A stretch of DNA of 32,000 bases from Novosphingobium sp. (GCA_035281095.1 DATEEP010000158.1:27086-59085); one strand, 5' to 3'. Numbered from the stretch's first letter, positions 1 through 8,613 are shown. Numbers and translations are program-made. Notes: generated by a model from the sequence alone, not told the origin.

Positions 1-1
1 G

Positions 2-85
2 GTGATCGACATGGACGGGCGGCGGATCGACAAGGTGCTGGTCAGCCGTATCGACGCGGACGAGGAAGACGAGATGCAGCTGTAG
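2..85 (+). CDS. 3-prime end of an unidentified gene (runs off the left edge)
   Basis: Open frame from the window edge to TAG at 83-85 (..VIDMDGRRIDKVLVSRIDADEEDEMQL*). Third codon positions are almost all G/C (25 of 27 by hand count). Too short to identify. Confidence 0.35.
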   Translation: MIDMDGRRIDKVLVSRIDADEEDEMQL

Positions 86-95
86 GGAAGTGGCC

Positions 96-190
96 GCTCA
101 TCCTGAGGAGTCGTTGAGCCGGTCGAAACGGCTTCTCGAAGGATCGGGGTGGTTCGAGACGGGACTTCAACAAGCTCAGTCCCTCTTCAC
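96..190. repeat. Intergenic repeat-like sequence (shares the 10-mer tcatcctgag with the 6.8-kb and 24.5-kb repeat elements)
   Basis: tcatcctgag at 98-107 recurs at 6861-6870 and as its reverse complement at 24578-24587. A small hairpin agccg..cggct lies at about 116-136. The region is non-coding, between two convergent genes. Confidence 0.3.
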
Positions 191-211
191 CATGGGCGGT
201 TCGGCTTTTCC

Positions 212-646
212 TCAGCTCCCCTGCGCCGCTCCAGCCGAACTCCGCGCGTCGCGGCCGTCGCCTTCGGGCGCGGCGAGGATATCGCGGGTGAGCTGGCCCT
301 TGGCGACGGTATGCGTCTGGGTGTCGCCCACGCTCGAACGGATGCCCGGCGCGGCGGCGCCGGCGCGGCTGACGGCATTGCTTTCGATCGGGCTGCGCGC
401 CGAAGGGCCGCCGAACAGCGCGTCGAGCGTCTGCTGCTGAAGCGTGCGCTCGGCCGGGCGGGGTTCGCCCTGCTGCGGCGGGGTCAGCGCGAAGTCGGGC
501 GGCACCACCAGCGGCGTCTGGCGCTGCACCGCGAATTCGTCGGGCCGGTCGCGGTCGAACAGTCCGGTGCTGCCGCAGGCTGAGAGCGTGGCCGCGCCGG
601 CGAGAAGGATCGCGGCGCCCGTTTTGGTGGTGATGAAATTGCGCAT
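212..646 (-). CDS. Lipoprotein, DUF3035-like
   Basis: Track ORF 212..715 trimmed to the ATG at 646 (MRNFITTKTGAAILLAGAATLSAC..). The signal peptide ends in lipobox L-S-A-C. The start lies 4 nt after the lspA stop. The family name is recalled, not searched. Confidence 0.7.
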   Translation of the reverse strand: MRNFITTKTGAAILLAGAATLSACGSTGLFDRDRPDEFAVQRQTPLVVPPDFALTPPQQGEPRPAERTLQQQTLDALFGGPSARSPIESNAVSRAGAAAPGIRSSVGDTQTHTVAKGQLTRDILAAPEGDGRDARSSAGAAQGS

Positions 647-650
647 GGGT

Positions 651-1172
651 TCAGGCCTCCGGAGCGGGGTTCGCCGCTGATTTGGGCTTTTCGCGTGAAA
701 GCAGGGAGCGGGCAAGGATAATCAGGACGCCGATGGTGATCGCGGCATCGGCGATGTTGAACACCAGGAACGGACGGAACTCGCCAAAATGCAGGTCGGC
801 ATAGTCGACCACGAAGCCCAGGCGGTAACGATCGTGGATGTTGCCGAGCGCGCCGCCCAGGATCATGGCCAGCGCGGCGATATCGGCCATGGCCTTCTCG
901 CGCATCATCCATACCGCCACGAACAGCGCGATCGCCGCGGTCATGGCGACGAGGAACCAGCGCATCTCGGTCGAATCGGCGGTCAGCAGGCCCAGCGAGA
1001 CGCCGTAGTTCTCGACCCAGCGCAAGTCGAAGAACGGCAGGATCTCGATCACACCGCTTTCCTTCAGATTGACCACGCGGATGAGATGATCCTTCACGGC
1101 CTGGTCGACCAGGAAGATCAGCGCGGCGAAGGCCAGGCCGATCAAACGGAGCGTGGCGGGACGGCCGGTCAT
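651..1172 (-). CDS. lspA: Lipoprotein signal peptidase (signal peptidase II)
   Basis: 173 aa polytopic membrane protein. It has the VENYGVSLGLL and VFNIADAAITIGV motifs typical of LspA. Its ATG overlaps the ileS stop (ATGA at 1169-1172). Confidence 0.9.
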   Translation of the reverse strand: MTGRPATLRLIGLAFAALIFLVDQAVKDHLIRVVNLKESGVIEILPFFDLRWVENYGVSLGLLTADSTEMRWFLVAMTAAIALFVAVWMMREKAMADIAALAMILGGALGNIHDRYRLGFVVDYADLHFGEFRPFLVFNIADAAITIGVLIILARSLLSREKPKSAANPAPEA

Positions 1173-4171
1173 TGCGCGGCCGCCATCTCGCCGACGACGC
1201 TATCGCAGCGGCCGCACAAGGCGTTGTCCTCGGCCACCTCGGGCAAATGCCGCCAGCAGCGGCCGCATTTGTGGTGGGAGGTGCGGGTCACGGCGATGTC
1301 CTTCACTGAGAAATCCACAGCGACATTTCCGCAAATGAAAATCTCCGAACCCTCAGTGGTTTCTCTCTTCCAACTATCAATCAATGCGCTGTCGGGAAGC
1401 GTCACATCCGCCTCGAGGCCAGACCCAATCGTCTTGTCTCGACGAAGCGGCTCTATGGCTTCGGTAACCTGCCTGCGAAGTGAACGTATCTCGCCCCATT
1501 TCTCGATCAACCCGGCCTTGGCCGGGGTGACGAGGGAAGAGAGCGCGATTTCCGCGGGAAGCACGGGCCACTCCAGCAGGTGAACGCTGTCCGCGCCCGG
1601 ATACCTGCTCTGCCACACTTCCTCGGCGGTGAAGACCAAGACCGGCGCGGCATAGCGGATCAGGGTCTGGAACAGCGTGTCGAGCACGGTGCGGTAGGCG
1701 CGGCGCTTGGGATCGGACGGCGCATCGCAGTAGAGGCAGTCCTTGCGGATATCGAAGTAGAACGCCGACAAGTCCTCGTTGCAGAAATCGGCGATCTCGC
1801 GGGTATAGGAGTTGAAGTCGAAATCGGCCACCGCTTGCCGCAGCTTGCCGTCGAGCCGTTCGAGCAGCGCCAGCACGTAGCGCTCCAGCTCGGGCATCTC
1901 CGCCGCGTTCCCGACCGTCTCGGTGTCGCTGTATCCCTCCAATGCGCCCAGCAGGTAGCGGAAGGTATTGCGGATTTTGCGGTACTGGTCGGCGACGCCT
2001 TTCAGGATCTCGTCGCCGATGCGGTGGTCCTCGGTGTAGTCGACCGACAGCGTCCATAGGCGGATGATGTCGGCGCCGTATTGCTCCATGACCTTGAGCG
2101 GACTGACGGTGTTGCCCATCGACTTGGACATCTTCATGCCCTTGGCGTCCATGGTGAAGCCGTGGGTCAGCACCGCCTTGTACGGCGCGCGGCCCCGCGT
2201 TCCGCAGGATTCGAGCAGGCTGGATTGGAACCAGCCGCGATGCTGGTCGCTGCCTTCCAGGTAGAGGTCGGCGGGCCATTGCAGGTCCGGCCAGCGCCCC
2301 GATTCGAGCACGAAGGCGTGGGTCGATCCCGAATCGAACCAGACGTCCAGGATGTCGGCCACCCGCTCGTAGTCGGCGGCAAGATATCGATCGCCAAGGT
2401 ATTCCTGCGCGCGGGCATCGGACCACGCATCGACCCCGCTCTCGCGCACCGCCGCGACGATCCGTGCGTTGACCGCCGGGTCGTTGAGGTAGTGGCCGGT
2501 CCTGCGATCGACGAACAGTGTGATCGGTACCCCCCACGCGCGCTGGCGGCTAAGCACCCAGTCGGGCCGTCCCTCCACCATCGCGCCGATACGGTTGCGG
2601 CCCTTGTCGGGCACGAAGCGGGTGTCGGCGATGGCCTTGAGCGCGGTCTGGCGCAAGGTGGCGCTCGGCGTCTCGACTTCGCTCGACGCGAACGGTTGAG
2701 TTTTTGTTTGAGCCCCATCCCCGTTCGTGTCGAGCGAAGTCGAGACACGGTTTTCGCGACGGGCCTCAACTTCATGCGCGCAAAGCGGAATGTCTTCGCG
2801 CACCGTCAGCGGCCGGTCCATCGGCACGAACCACTGCGGCGTGCAGCGGAAGATCACCTTGGCCTTGGACCGCCAGGAGTGCGGGTAGGAGTGCCTGTAA
2901 TCCGCCGACGCCGCCAGCAGGCCGCCCGAAGCGCGCAAATCCGAACAGATCGGCCCGTCGGGCGCGTTGAACTTGGGATTGATGACCGAGCCCTGACCGC
3001 CCAGCCACGCCCAGTCGGCACGGTACTTGCCGTCGCCCTCGACCGCGAAGACCGGGTCGATCCCGTGCGCCTTGCACAGATCGAAGTCGTCCTCGCCATG
3101 GTCGGGCGCCATGTGGACCAGCCCGGTGCCGCTCTCGGTGGTGACGAAGTCGCCCGGAAGGAACGGGCGCGGCTTTGCGAAGAACCCGCCGAGGTGGTGC
3201 ATCGGGTGGCGGGCGATGGTTCCGGCTAGGTCGGAGCCTTTGCCGGCCCAAACTACCATCATGCCGGATAGGAGGTGATCGCCTACAAGTCGCATGAAGA
3301 CTTGATCTGACAAATCTCCCGCCTGCGCGATCAGAAGCACCTTGCCAGACGGATGGCCCCGCACAGCGAAATACTCGATGTCCGGCCCATAAGCCAAAGC
3401 CTGGTTCGCCGGGATCGTCCATGGCGTCGTCGTCCAGATCACCGCATGCGCGCCGACCAGCTCCGGTATCGGGCTCTCGACGATCTCGAACGCCACGTCG
3501 ACCTGGGTGGAGACGATGTCCTCGTACTCGACCTCCGCCTCGGCCAGCGCGGTCTTTTCGACCGGGGACCACATCACCGGCTTGGCGCCGCGATAGAGCT
3601 GGCCGCTCTCGGCGAACTTCAGCAGTTCGGCGACAATGGTCGCCTCCGCCTGGAAGTCCATCGTCAGGTAGGGATTGTCCCAGTCGCCGTTGATGCCCAG
3701 CCGCTTGAGCTGCTCGCGCTGGGTATCGACCCATTTCTGGGCATAGGCGCGGCATTCGGCGCGGAAGGCTTCCAACGCAACCTGATCTGCCTCGGCTCCG
3801 CTCGGCACAGGCTTATCCAGCTTCTTCTTGCGGTATTCCTCCTCGACCTTCCACTCGATGGGCAGGCCGTGGCAGTCCCAGCCGGGCACATAAGGCGCAT
3901 CCTTGCCCAGCAGCGTCTGGGTGCGCACCACCATGTCCTTGAGGATGTGGTTGAGCGCGTGGCCGATGTGCATGTCGCCGTTGGCATAAGGCGGGCCGTC
4001 GTGCAGGATGAACTTCTCGCGCCCTTTGCGCGCCTCCCGCGTCTTCGCGTAAAGGTCCTGCTCCTGCCAGCGCGCGAGGATGCCCGGCTCCTTCTGGGGG
4101 AGCCCCGCCTTCATCGGGAAATCGGTCTTCGGCAGGAAGACGGTGTTTCTGTAGTCGCGCTCTTCGCTCAT
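1169..4171 (-). CDS. ileS: Isoleucine--tRNA ligase
   Basis: 1000 aa. It has the class I signatures MHIGHALN (HIGH) and KMSKS, a WCISRQR-like motif (WVLSRQRAWGVPI), and a C-terminal CxxC..CxxC zinc motif. Its ATG overlaps the ribF stop (ATGA). Confidence 0.97.
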   Translation of the reverse strand: MSEERDYRNTVFLPKTDFPMKAGLPQKEPGILARWQEQDLYAKTREARKGREKFILHDGPPYANGDMHIGHALNHILKDMVVRTQTLLGKDAPYVPGWDCHGLPIEWKVEEEYRKKKLDKPVPSGAEADQVALEAFRAECRAYAQKWVDTQREQLKRLGINGDWDNPYLTMDFQAEATIVAELLKFAESGQLYRGAKPVMWSPVEKTALAEAEVEYEDIVSTQVDVAFEIVESPIPELVGAHAVIWTTTPWTIPANQALAYGPDIEYFAVRGHPSGKVLLIAQAGDLSDQVFMRLVGDHLLSGMMVVWAGKGSDLAGTIARHPMHHLGGFFAKPRPFLPGDFVTTESGTGLVHMAPDHGEDDFDLCKAHGIDPVFAVEGDGKYRADWAWLGGQGSVINPKFNAPDGPICSDLRASGGLLAASADYRHSYPHSWRSKAKVIFRCTPQWFVPMDRPLTVREDIPLCAHEVEARRENRVSTSLDTNGDGAQTKTQPFASSEVETPSATLRQTALKAIADTRFVPDKGRNRIGAMVEGRPDWVLSRQRAWGVPITLFVDRRTGHYLNDPAVNARIVAAVRESGVDAWSDARAQEYLGDRYLAADYERVADILDVWFDSGSTHAFVLESGRWPDLQWPADLYLEGSDQHRGWFQSSLLESCGTRGRAPYKAVLTHGFTMDAKGMKMSKSMGNTVSPLKVMEQYGADIIRLWTLSVDYTEDHRIGDEILKGVADQYRKIRNTFRYLLGALEGYSDTETVGNAAEMPELERYVLALLERLDGKLRQAVADFDFNSYTREIADFCNEDLSAFYFDIRKDCLYCDAPSDPKRRAYRTVLDTLFQTLIRYAAPVLVFTAEEVWQSRYPGADSVHLLEWPVLPAEIALSSLVTPAKAGLIEKWGEIRSLRRQVTEAIEPLRRDKTIGSGLEADVTLPDSALIDSWKRETTEGSEIFICGNVAVDFSVKDIAVTRTSHHKCGRCWRHLPEVAEDNALCGRCDSVVGEMAAAQ
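2670..2746. repeat. Palindromic element inside ileS (26-bp inverted arms, 25-nt spacer)
   Basis: gtctcgacttcgctcgacgcgaacgg (2670-2695) is the reverse complement of ccgttcgtgtcgagcgaagtcgagac (2721-2746) with one mismatch. It is translated in-frame as ..VSTSLDTNGDGAQTKTQPFASSEVET.. Confidence 0.85.
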
Positions 4172-5103
4172 AGCGCGCTGGCGCTTAGGACCTTGCGCGC
4201 TTCATCGCAATCCCGCTGCATCTGCGCCGTGAGATCGTCCAGGCTTTCGAACTTCGCCTCAGGCCGCAGGAAGCGGTGCAGAGCCACTTCGATCTCCTGC
4301 CCATAGAGGCTCTCGGCGAAATCGAAGAAATAGGGCTCCAGCAGCTCCTTGGGCGGCTCGAACGTCGGGCGCACGCCAAGATTCGCGGCCCCGTGCAGCA
4401 CGCGCCCGTCCGCCAGCCTGCCGGTCACCGCATAGATGCCGAAGCGTGGGCGCAGGTAATTGCCCATGTCGAGATTGGCGGTGGGAAAGCCGATGGTGCG
4501 GCCCAGCTTGTCGCCGTGCTGCACCGTGCCGCGAATCGCGAAGGGACGGGTGAGCAGGCGCGCGGCGGTCTCGCAGTCGCCTTCGTGCAAGGCCGTGCGG
4601 ATGCGGCTTGAGGATATCGGGCCCTGGTCGTCGTGGACCGGCGGCACGGCGCGCGTCTCTATGCCGAACCCCGCGCCCATGCCGCGCAGCATCTCCAGAT
4701 TGCCCGCGCGGCCCTTGCCGAAGGTGAAGTCCTGCCCGGTGACGACCCCCGCGGTAGAGAGGTGGCCGTGGATCATCTCGTCCACCCAGCGCTCCGCCGG
4801 CATCGTCGCGATCGCCTGGTCGAAGTGGAACACCAGCATGGCGTCGGCCCCGGCGGCGCCGAACAGCTCCTGCCGCTGGTCGAGCGTGGTCAGCCGGAAC
4901 GGCGGCGCGTCGGGCCGGAAATAGCGCACCGGATGCGGATCGAAGGTGGCGACGATGGCGCGGCGCCCCTCGGCGCGGGCCCAGCGCACCGCTTCTCCGA
5001 CCACGGCCTGATGGCCCTGATGGAACCCGTCGAAGTTGCCGAGCGCAAGGATCGCGCCTTGCAGGCTTTCGGGCACGGGCTGTCGGTGGTCGAGGCGAAT
5101 CAT
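4168..5103 (-). CDS. ribF: Bifunctional riboflavin kinase / FMN adenylyltransferase
   Basis: 311 aa. N-terminal GNFDGFHQGHQ nucleotidyltransferase motif and a C-terminal riboflavin kinase region (GFPTANL..). Confidence 0.93.
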   Translation of the reverse strand: MIRLDHRQPVPESLQGAILALGNFDGFHQGHQAVVGEAVRWARAEGRRAIVATFDPHPVRYFRPDAPPFRLTTLDQRQELFGAAGADAMLVFHFDQAIATMPAERWVDEMIHGHLSTAGVVTGQDFTFGKGRAGNLEMLRGMGAGFGIETRAVPPVHDDQGPISSSRIRTALHEGDCETAARLLTRPFAIRGTVQHGDKLGRTIGFPTANLDMGNYLRPRFGIYAVTGRLADGRVLHGAANLGVRPTFEPPKELLEPYFFDFAESLYGQEIEVALHRFLRPEAKFESLDDLTAQMQRDCDEARKVLSASAL

Positions 5104-5116
5104 CCTTTCGTGCCTA

Positions 5117-5611
5117 TCAGGCGCGTTCGAAGGTCACGAAGGAAAATGCCGGAGTCGATGCACTTCGCGTGCCTGCCGCGTCATGGTCCTCGCGCGCCAC
5201 TTCGCGCCATTCGCCGCCCAGCGCCGCCATGTGCGTGTCGCCGTCGAAGCGGGCGTGGACCTCGGTCAGTTCGACCCGCGTGGCGAGCGGCATGAACAGG
5301 TCGAGCACTTCCGCGCCGCCGATCACCGCGACATCGCCATCGCCCGCCAGCAGCAGGGCGTCTCCGGGCGAATGCGCGACCTCGGCGCCTTCCGCCCGCC
5401 AGTCGGGATCGCGGGTGAGCACGATATGGCGGCGGCCGGGCAGGCGGCCGGGCAGGCTGTCGAAGGTCTTGCGGCCCATGACCATCGGTTTCCCCATGGT
5501 CATCGCCTTGAACCGCTTGAGGTCGGCTGGCAGATGCCAGGGCATGCCGCCATCGTGGCCGATCGTGCCGTCGGCTGCGCGCGCGTAGATCAGGACGATT
5601 TGGCGCGCCAC
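5117..5611 (-). CDS. folA: Dihydrofolate reductase
   Basis: Motifs IVLIYARAADGTIG..MPWHLPADLKRFKAMTMGKPMVMGRKTFDSLP. The start is placed at GTG 5611, which has GGAG 8 nt upstream and lies just after the purK stop. The track's ATG at 5641 is the alternative and would overlap purK by 26 nt. Confidence 0.88.
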   Translation of the reverse strand: MARQIVLIYARAADGTIGHDGGMPWHLPADLKRFKAMTMGKPMVMGRKTFDSLPGRLPGRRHIVLTRDPDWRAEGAEVAHSPGDALLLAGDGDVAVIGGAEVLDLFMPLATRVELTEVHARFDGDTHMAALGGEWREVAREDHDAAGTRSASTPAFSFVTFERA

Positions 5612-5615
5612 CTCG

Positions 5616-6674
5616 TCAGCTCCGTACCAGCCGGGTGACATGACCCATCTTGCGCCCCGGCCGCGCCGCCGCCTTGCCGTAGAGGTGCAGGTGGTTGGCC
5701 GGATCGGCGAGGATCTGGGCCCAGTCGTGCGCGGCGTCGCCGATCAGGTTGCGCATCTCCACGCGCGGGGCGGTCAGCGCGGTATCGCCCAGCGGCAACC
5801 CGCAGATGGCGCGTACATGGTTCTCGAACTGCGAGGTCAGCGCGCCCTCGATGGTCCAGTGCCCCGAATTGTGCACGCGCGGGGCCATCTCGTTGAACAC
5901 CGGGCCTCGTTCGGTGGCGAAGAATTCGCATGTCAGCACGCCGACATAGCCGAGTGCTTCGGCGATTCGGGCGGCGAGCGCGCGAGCTTCCTCGACCAAA
6001 GGCGCGATCCGTGCCGAGGCGGGCGCGACGCTCAGCGCCAGGATACCGCTTTCGTGGCGGTTCTCGGGCGTATCCCAGAAAGCGATCTCACCGTCTTCGG
6101 CGCGGCACAGGATCACCGAGAACTCGGCGAAGAAGCCCACGAGCCCCTCGTAGATCAGCGGGGCTCCCGGCAGATCGAGCATGGGCGCATCGGTCGCGGT
6201 CTCGATCCGCCACTGGCCCTTGCCGTCGTAGCCGTCGCGCCGGGTCTTGAGGATACCGGGCGCGCCGATCCGTTCGATCGCGGCGGCAAGATCGGCGGGC
6301 GAATCGACTGCCGCATAGGCCGCGGGCCGGCCGCCGAGACTTTCGACGAAGCGCTTTTCGGCAAGCCGGTCCTGCGCCGCTTCCAGCGCGCGGGGGTGGG
6401 GATGCAGGGGGACATCGCCCAGCGCCGACAAGGGCGCGACGGGCACGTTCTCGAACTCGTACGTCACCACCGCGCACCCGGCGGCGAAGCGGGCGAGGGC
6501 GGCCTCGTCGGTGAATTCGGCGCGGGTGAACTCGGCGCTCACTTCGGCGGCGACACTGTCCGCCTCGGGCGCGAGGACGTGGCAGCGGTAGCCGAGCTGG
6601 GCCGCCGCTACCGCGATCATCCGGCCCAGTTGGCCGCCGCCAAGGATGCCGATCGTTTCGCCGGGGGGAATCAT
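5616..6674 (-). CDS. purK: 5-(carboxyamino)imidazole ribonucleotide synthase (N5-CAIR synthase)
   Basis: ATP-grasp protein with N-terminal IGILGGGQLGRM. The start is trimmed to ATG 6674 (MIPPGETIG..), which has GAGG 8 nt upstream. Confidence 0.92.
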   Translation of the reverse strand: MIPPGETIGILGGGQLGRMIAVAAAQLGYRCHVLAPEADSVAAEVSAEFTRAEFTDEAALARFAAGCAVVTYEFENVPVAPLSALGDVPLHPHPRALEAAQDRLAEKRFVESLGGRPAAYAAVDSPADLAAAIERIGAPGILKTRRDGYDGKGQWRIETATDAPMLDLPGAPLIYEGLVGFFAEFSVILCRAEDGEIAFWDTPENRHESGILALSVAPASARIAPLVEEARALAARIAEALGYVGVLTCEFFATERGPVFNEMAPRVHNSGHWTIEGALTSQFENHVRAICGLPLGDTALTAPRVEMRNLIGDAAHDWAQILADPANHLHLYGKAAARPGRKMGHVTRLVRS

Positions 6675-6685
6675 ATCATCACCCT

Positions 6686-6910
6686 CGTCATTGCGAGGGA
6701 CCATGGGTCCCGAAGCAATCCAGGGCGATCTAGAGTGATTTCGAGGCAGGTGGAATCACCTGCCGGCTCGGAAATCACGGCAGACAAAGGATATGCGGCC
6801 TCGTTCCGGTTCAATCTGAAACGGAACGAGTCTAGGCGGCCCTGGATTGCTTCGCTCAGTTCATCCTGAGCGGCTGTTGCAAACAGCCAGCCGAAGGGCT
6901 CGCAATGACG
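6686..6910. repeat. Composite palindromic repeat element (MITE/REP-like) between purE and purK
   Basis: A short terminal unit cgtcattgcgagg..gaagcaatccaggg (6686-6725) and an inverted longer unit gccctggattgcttcgc..ctcgcaatgacg (6839-6910) flank a core. The core has hairpins at 6735-6778 and 6800-6830. A homologous copy lies at 24436-24668. Confidence 0.85.
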
Positions 6911-6935
6911 AATCATGAGGCCGGCACTCTTCGAA

Positions 6936-7433
6936 TCAGGAGGGTCGCTCGGCGACGCTGGCGGTCTGCTCGGCGCGGAAGGTCTTGAGCCGCTCGGCCA
7001 AAGCCTCGTCGGCGGTGGCGAGGATCGCGGCGGCGAGCAGGCCCGCGTTCTTCGCCCCCGCCTCGCCGATTGCCAGCGTGCCGACGGGAATGCCGGCGGG
7101 CATCTGCACGATCGACAGCAGGCTGTCCTGCCCCGACAGCGCCTTGGACTGCACCGGCACGCCCAGCACCGGCAAGTGCGTCATCGACGCGACCATGCCC
7201 GGCAAGTGCGCCGCGCCGCCCGCCCCGGCGATCACCACCTTGAAGCCCTGATCCGCCGCGCCTTGCGCGAACGCGACAAGCCGCTCGGGCGTGCGGTGCG
7301 CCGAGACGATGCGCGCGTCGTAGGCCACGCCCAGCTTCTCGAGCATCTCGGCCGCGCCCTGCATCGTCGGCCAGTCGGACTGGCTGCCCATGACGATTGC
7401 GACCGGCGGAGCGCCCGAAATGCCTGAGGTCAT
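6936..7433 (-). CDS. purE: N5-carboxyaminoimidazole ribonucleotide mutase
   Basis: Motifs [14 protein letters not shown] and SAHRTPERL. The start is trimmed to ATG 7433, 1 nt after the gpmA stop. Confidence 0.93.
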   Translation of the reverse strand: MTSGISGAPPVAIVMGSQSDWPTMQGAAEMLEKLGVAYDARIVSAHRTPERLVAFAQGAADQGFKVVIAGAGGAAHLPGMVASMTHLPVLGVPVQSKALSGQDSLLSIVQMPAGIPVGTLAIGEAGAKNAGLLAAAILATADEALAERLKTFRAEQTASVAERPS

Positions 7434-7434
7434 G

Positions 7435-8148
7435 TCACCTCTCCGAGAGATAGTAGCGATCGGTGGCGTTGAGATCGCCGTCCAGTTCATAGACGATGGG
7501 CTGGCCGGTAGGGATCTCGAGCCCGGTGATCTCGTCGTCGGAGATGCCCGACAAGTGCTTGACCAGCGCGCGCAGCGAGTTGCCGTGGGCGGAGACCAGC
7601 ACCGTCGCCCCGGCTTTCAGGTGCGGCACGATGGAGCCCTGATAATAAGGCAGTACGCGCGCGATGGTGTCTTTCAGGCTCTCGGTCGCGGGGACCTTGA
7701 TCCCGGCATAGCGCGCGTCACCCGCCAGATCGAACTCCGACCCGGCGTCCAGCACCGGTGGCGGCGTGTCGAAGCTCCGGCGCCAGATCTTGACCTGGTC
7801 GTCGCCGTGACGCGCTGCGGTCTCGGCCTTGTCGAGACCGGTCAGCCCGCCGTAGTGCCGCTCGTTCAGCCGCCAGTCCTTGGTCTCGGGGATCCACAGC
7901 AGGCCGGCGGCTTCCAGCGCCAGATGCAGCGTCCTGATCGCGCGCGTCTGGAGCGAGGTGAAGGCGACGGTGGGCAGGATGCCGCTTTCGGCGATCAGCT
8001 TGCCGGCCGTGCGTGCCTCGTCCTCGCCCTTCGGGGTCAGGTCCACGTCCCACCAGCCGGTGAACCGGTTCTCGAGGTTCCACAGGCTCTGGCCGTGGCG
8101 GACAAGGATCAGTTGCGGCAAGTCTTCAAGCTCCCGATGCGCCTCCAA
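7435..8148 (-). CDS. gpmA: 2,3-bisphosphoglycerate-dependent phosphoglycerate mutase
   Basis: [26 protein letters not shown] (RHG phosphohistidine motif); 237 aa. Confidence 0.93.
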   Translation of the reverse strand: MEAHRELEDLPQLILVRHGQSLWNLENRFTGWWDVDLTPKGEDEARTAGKLIAESGILPTVAFTSLQTRAIRTLHLALEAAGLLWIPETKDWRLNERHYGGLTGLDKAETAARHGDDQVKIWRRSFDTPPPVLDAGSEFDLAGDARYAGIKVPATESLKDTIARVLPYYQGSIVPHLKAGATVLVSAHGNSLRALVKHLSGISDDEITGLEIPTGQPIVYELDGDLNATDRYYLSER

Positions 8149-8166
8149 GTGCGCGGAGCGCAGCCA

Positions 8167-8340
8167 CTAGCGGCTGGACGGCGATTTGGGAAGGGGCGCG
8201 CTCGCATCCGTGTCGTCATTGCCGGCGGCGTCCTTTGCCCCGGACTGTGCGCGATTCTGGGTCTTCCGGCGATGCAGGTTCTCGCGCAGCTTGGCCGCCA
8301 GACGCTCTTCGCGCGATATCGTATTCCGCCCCTGGGCCAT
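8167..8340 (-). CDS. Small basic hypothetical protein (57 aa)
   Basis: Track ORF 8167..8508 runs through the tRNA, so it is trimmed to ATG 8340 (MAQGRNTISREERLAAKLRENLHRRKTQ..), which is preceded by AAGGAAG. It lies directly upstream of gpmA on the same strand. Confidence 0.45.
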   Translation of the reverse strand: MAQGRNTISREERLAAKLRENLHRRKTQNRAQSGAKDAAGNDDTDASAPLPKSPSSR

Positions 8341-8451
8341 GCCCACTTCCTTGCCGCCGTCGCCGGCACGGCGCAAGCTTCGCTTGACATTGCAGGGGTG
8401 CGCGGACAATAGCCCGCGCCTGCCCGGCATGCCCCGATGCGTGCCGTTAGC

Positions 8452-8526
8452 GCTGCTGTAGCTCAGTGGTAGAGCGCACCCTTGGTAAGGGTGAGGTCGG
8501 GAGTTCAATCCTCCCCAGCAGCACCA
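8452..8526 (+). tRNA. tRNA-Thr (anticodon GGU), CCA encoded
   Basis: Hand-folded cloverleaf. The acceptor stem is GCTGCTG/CAGCAGC, the D stem GCTC/GAGC, and the anticodon stem CACCC/GGGTG. The anticodon loop is TTGGTAA. The T stem is GGGAG/CTCCC with loop TTCAATC, followed by discriminator A and CCA. Confidence 0.95.
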
Positions 8527-8528
8527 TT
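8482..8528. repeat. attL (3-prime part of tRNA-Thr from the anticodon loop, plus 2 nt)
   Basis: ttggtaagggtgaggtcgggagttcaatcctccccagcagcaccatt is identical to 18821-18867. Confidence 0.95.
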
Positions 8529-8613
8529 ATTTCCATATAAATCAAACATTTAACAACTTTGCTGGGCGAGGCTTTTTGGTTCGGGTAACGCCTCGGGTAA
8601 CTACGCCGCAGCG

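Noticed and set aside
3241-3360. Second lower-GC patch inside ileS
   Set aside because: The hand count gives about 57% G+C (69/120), only mildly below the surroundings. It lies in a variable part of the editing domain, so it is not distinctive enough to report as a finding.
6671-6916. 81-aa ORF across the purE-purK spacer
   Set aside because: It is made entirely of the composite repeat element. Its translation (..SFRFRLNRNEAAYPLSAVISEPAGDS..) is the kind of pseudo-protein such repeats generate.
8167-8508. 113-aa ORF overlapping tRNA-Thr
   Set aside because: The upstream half runs antisense through the tRNA gene from a TTG start. Only the distal 57 codons from ATG 8340, which has a good RBS, are plausible.
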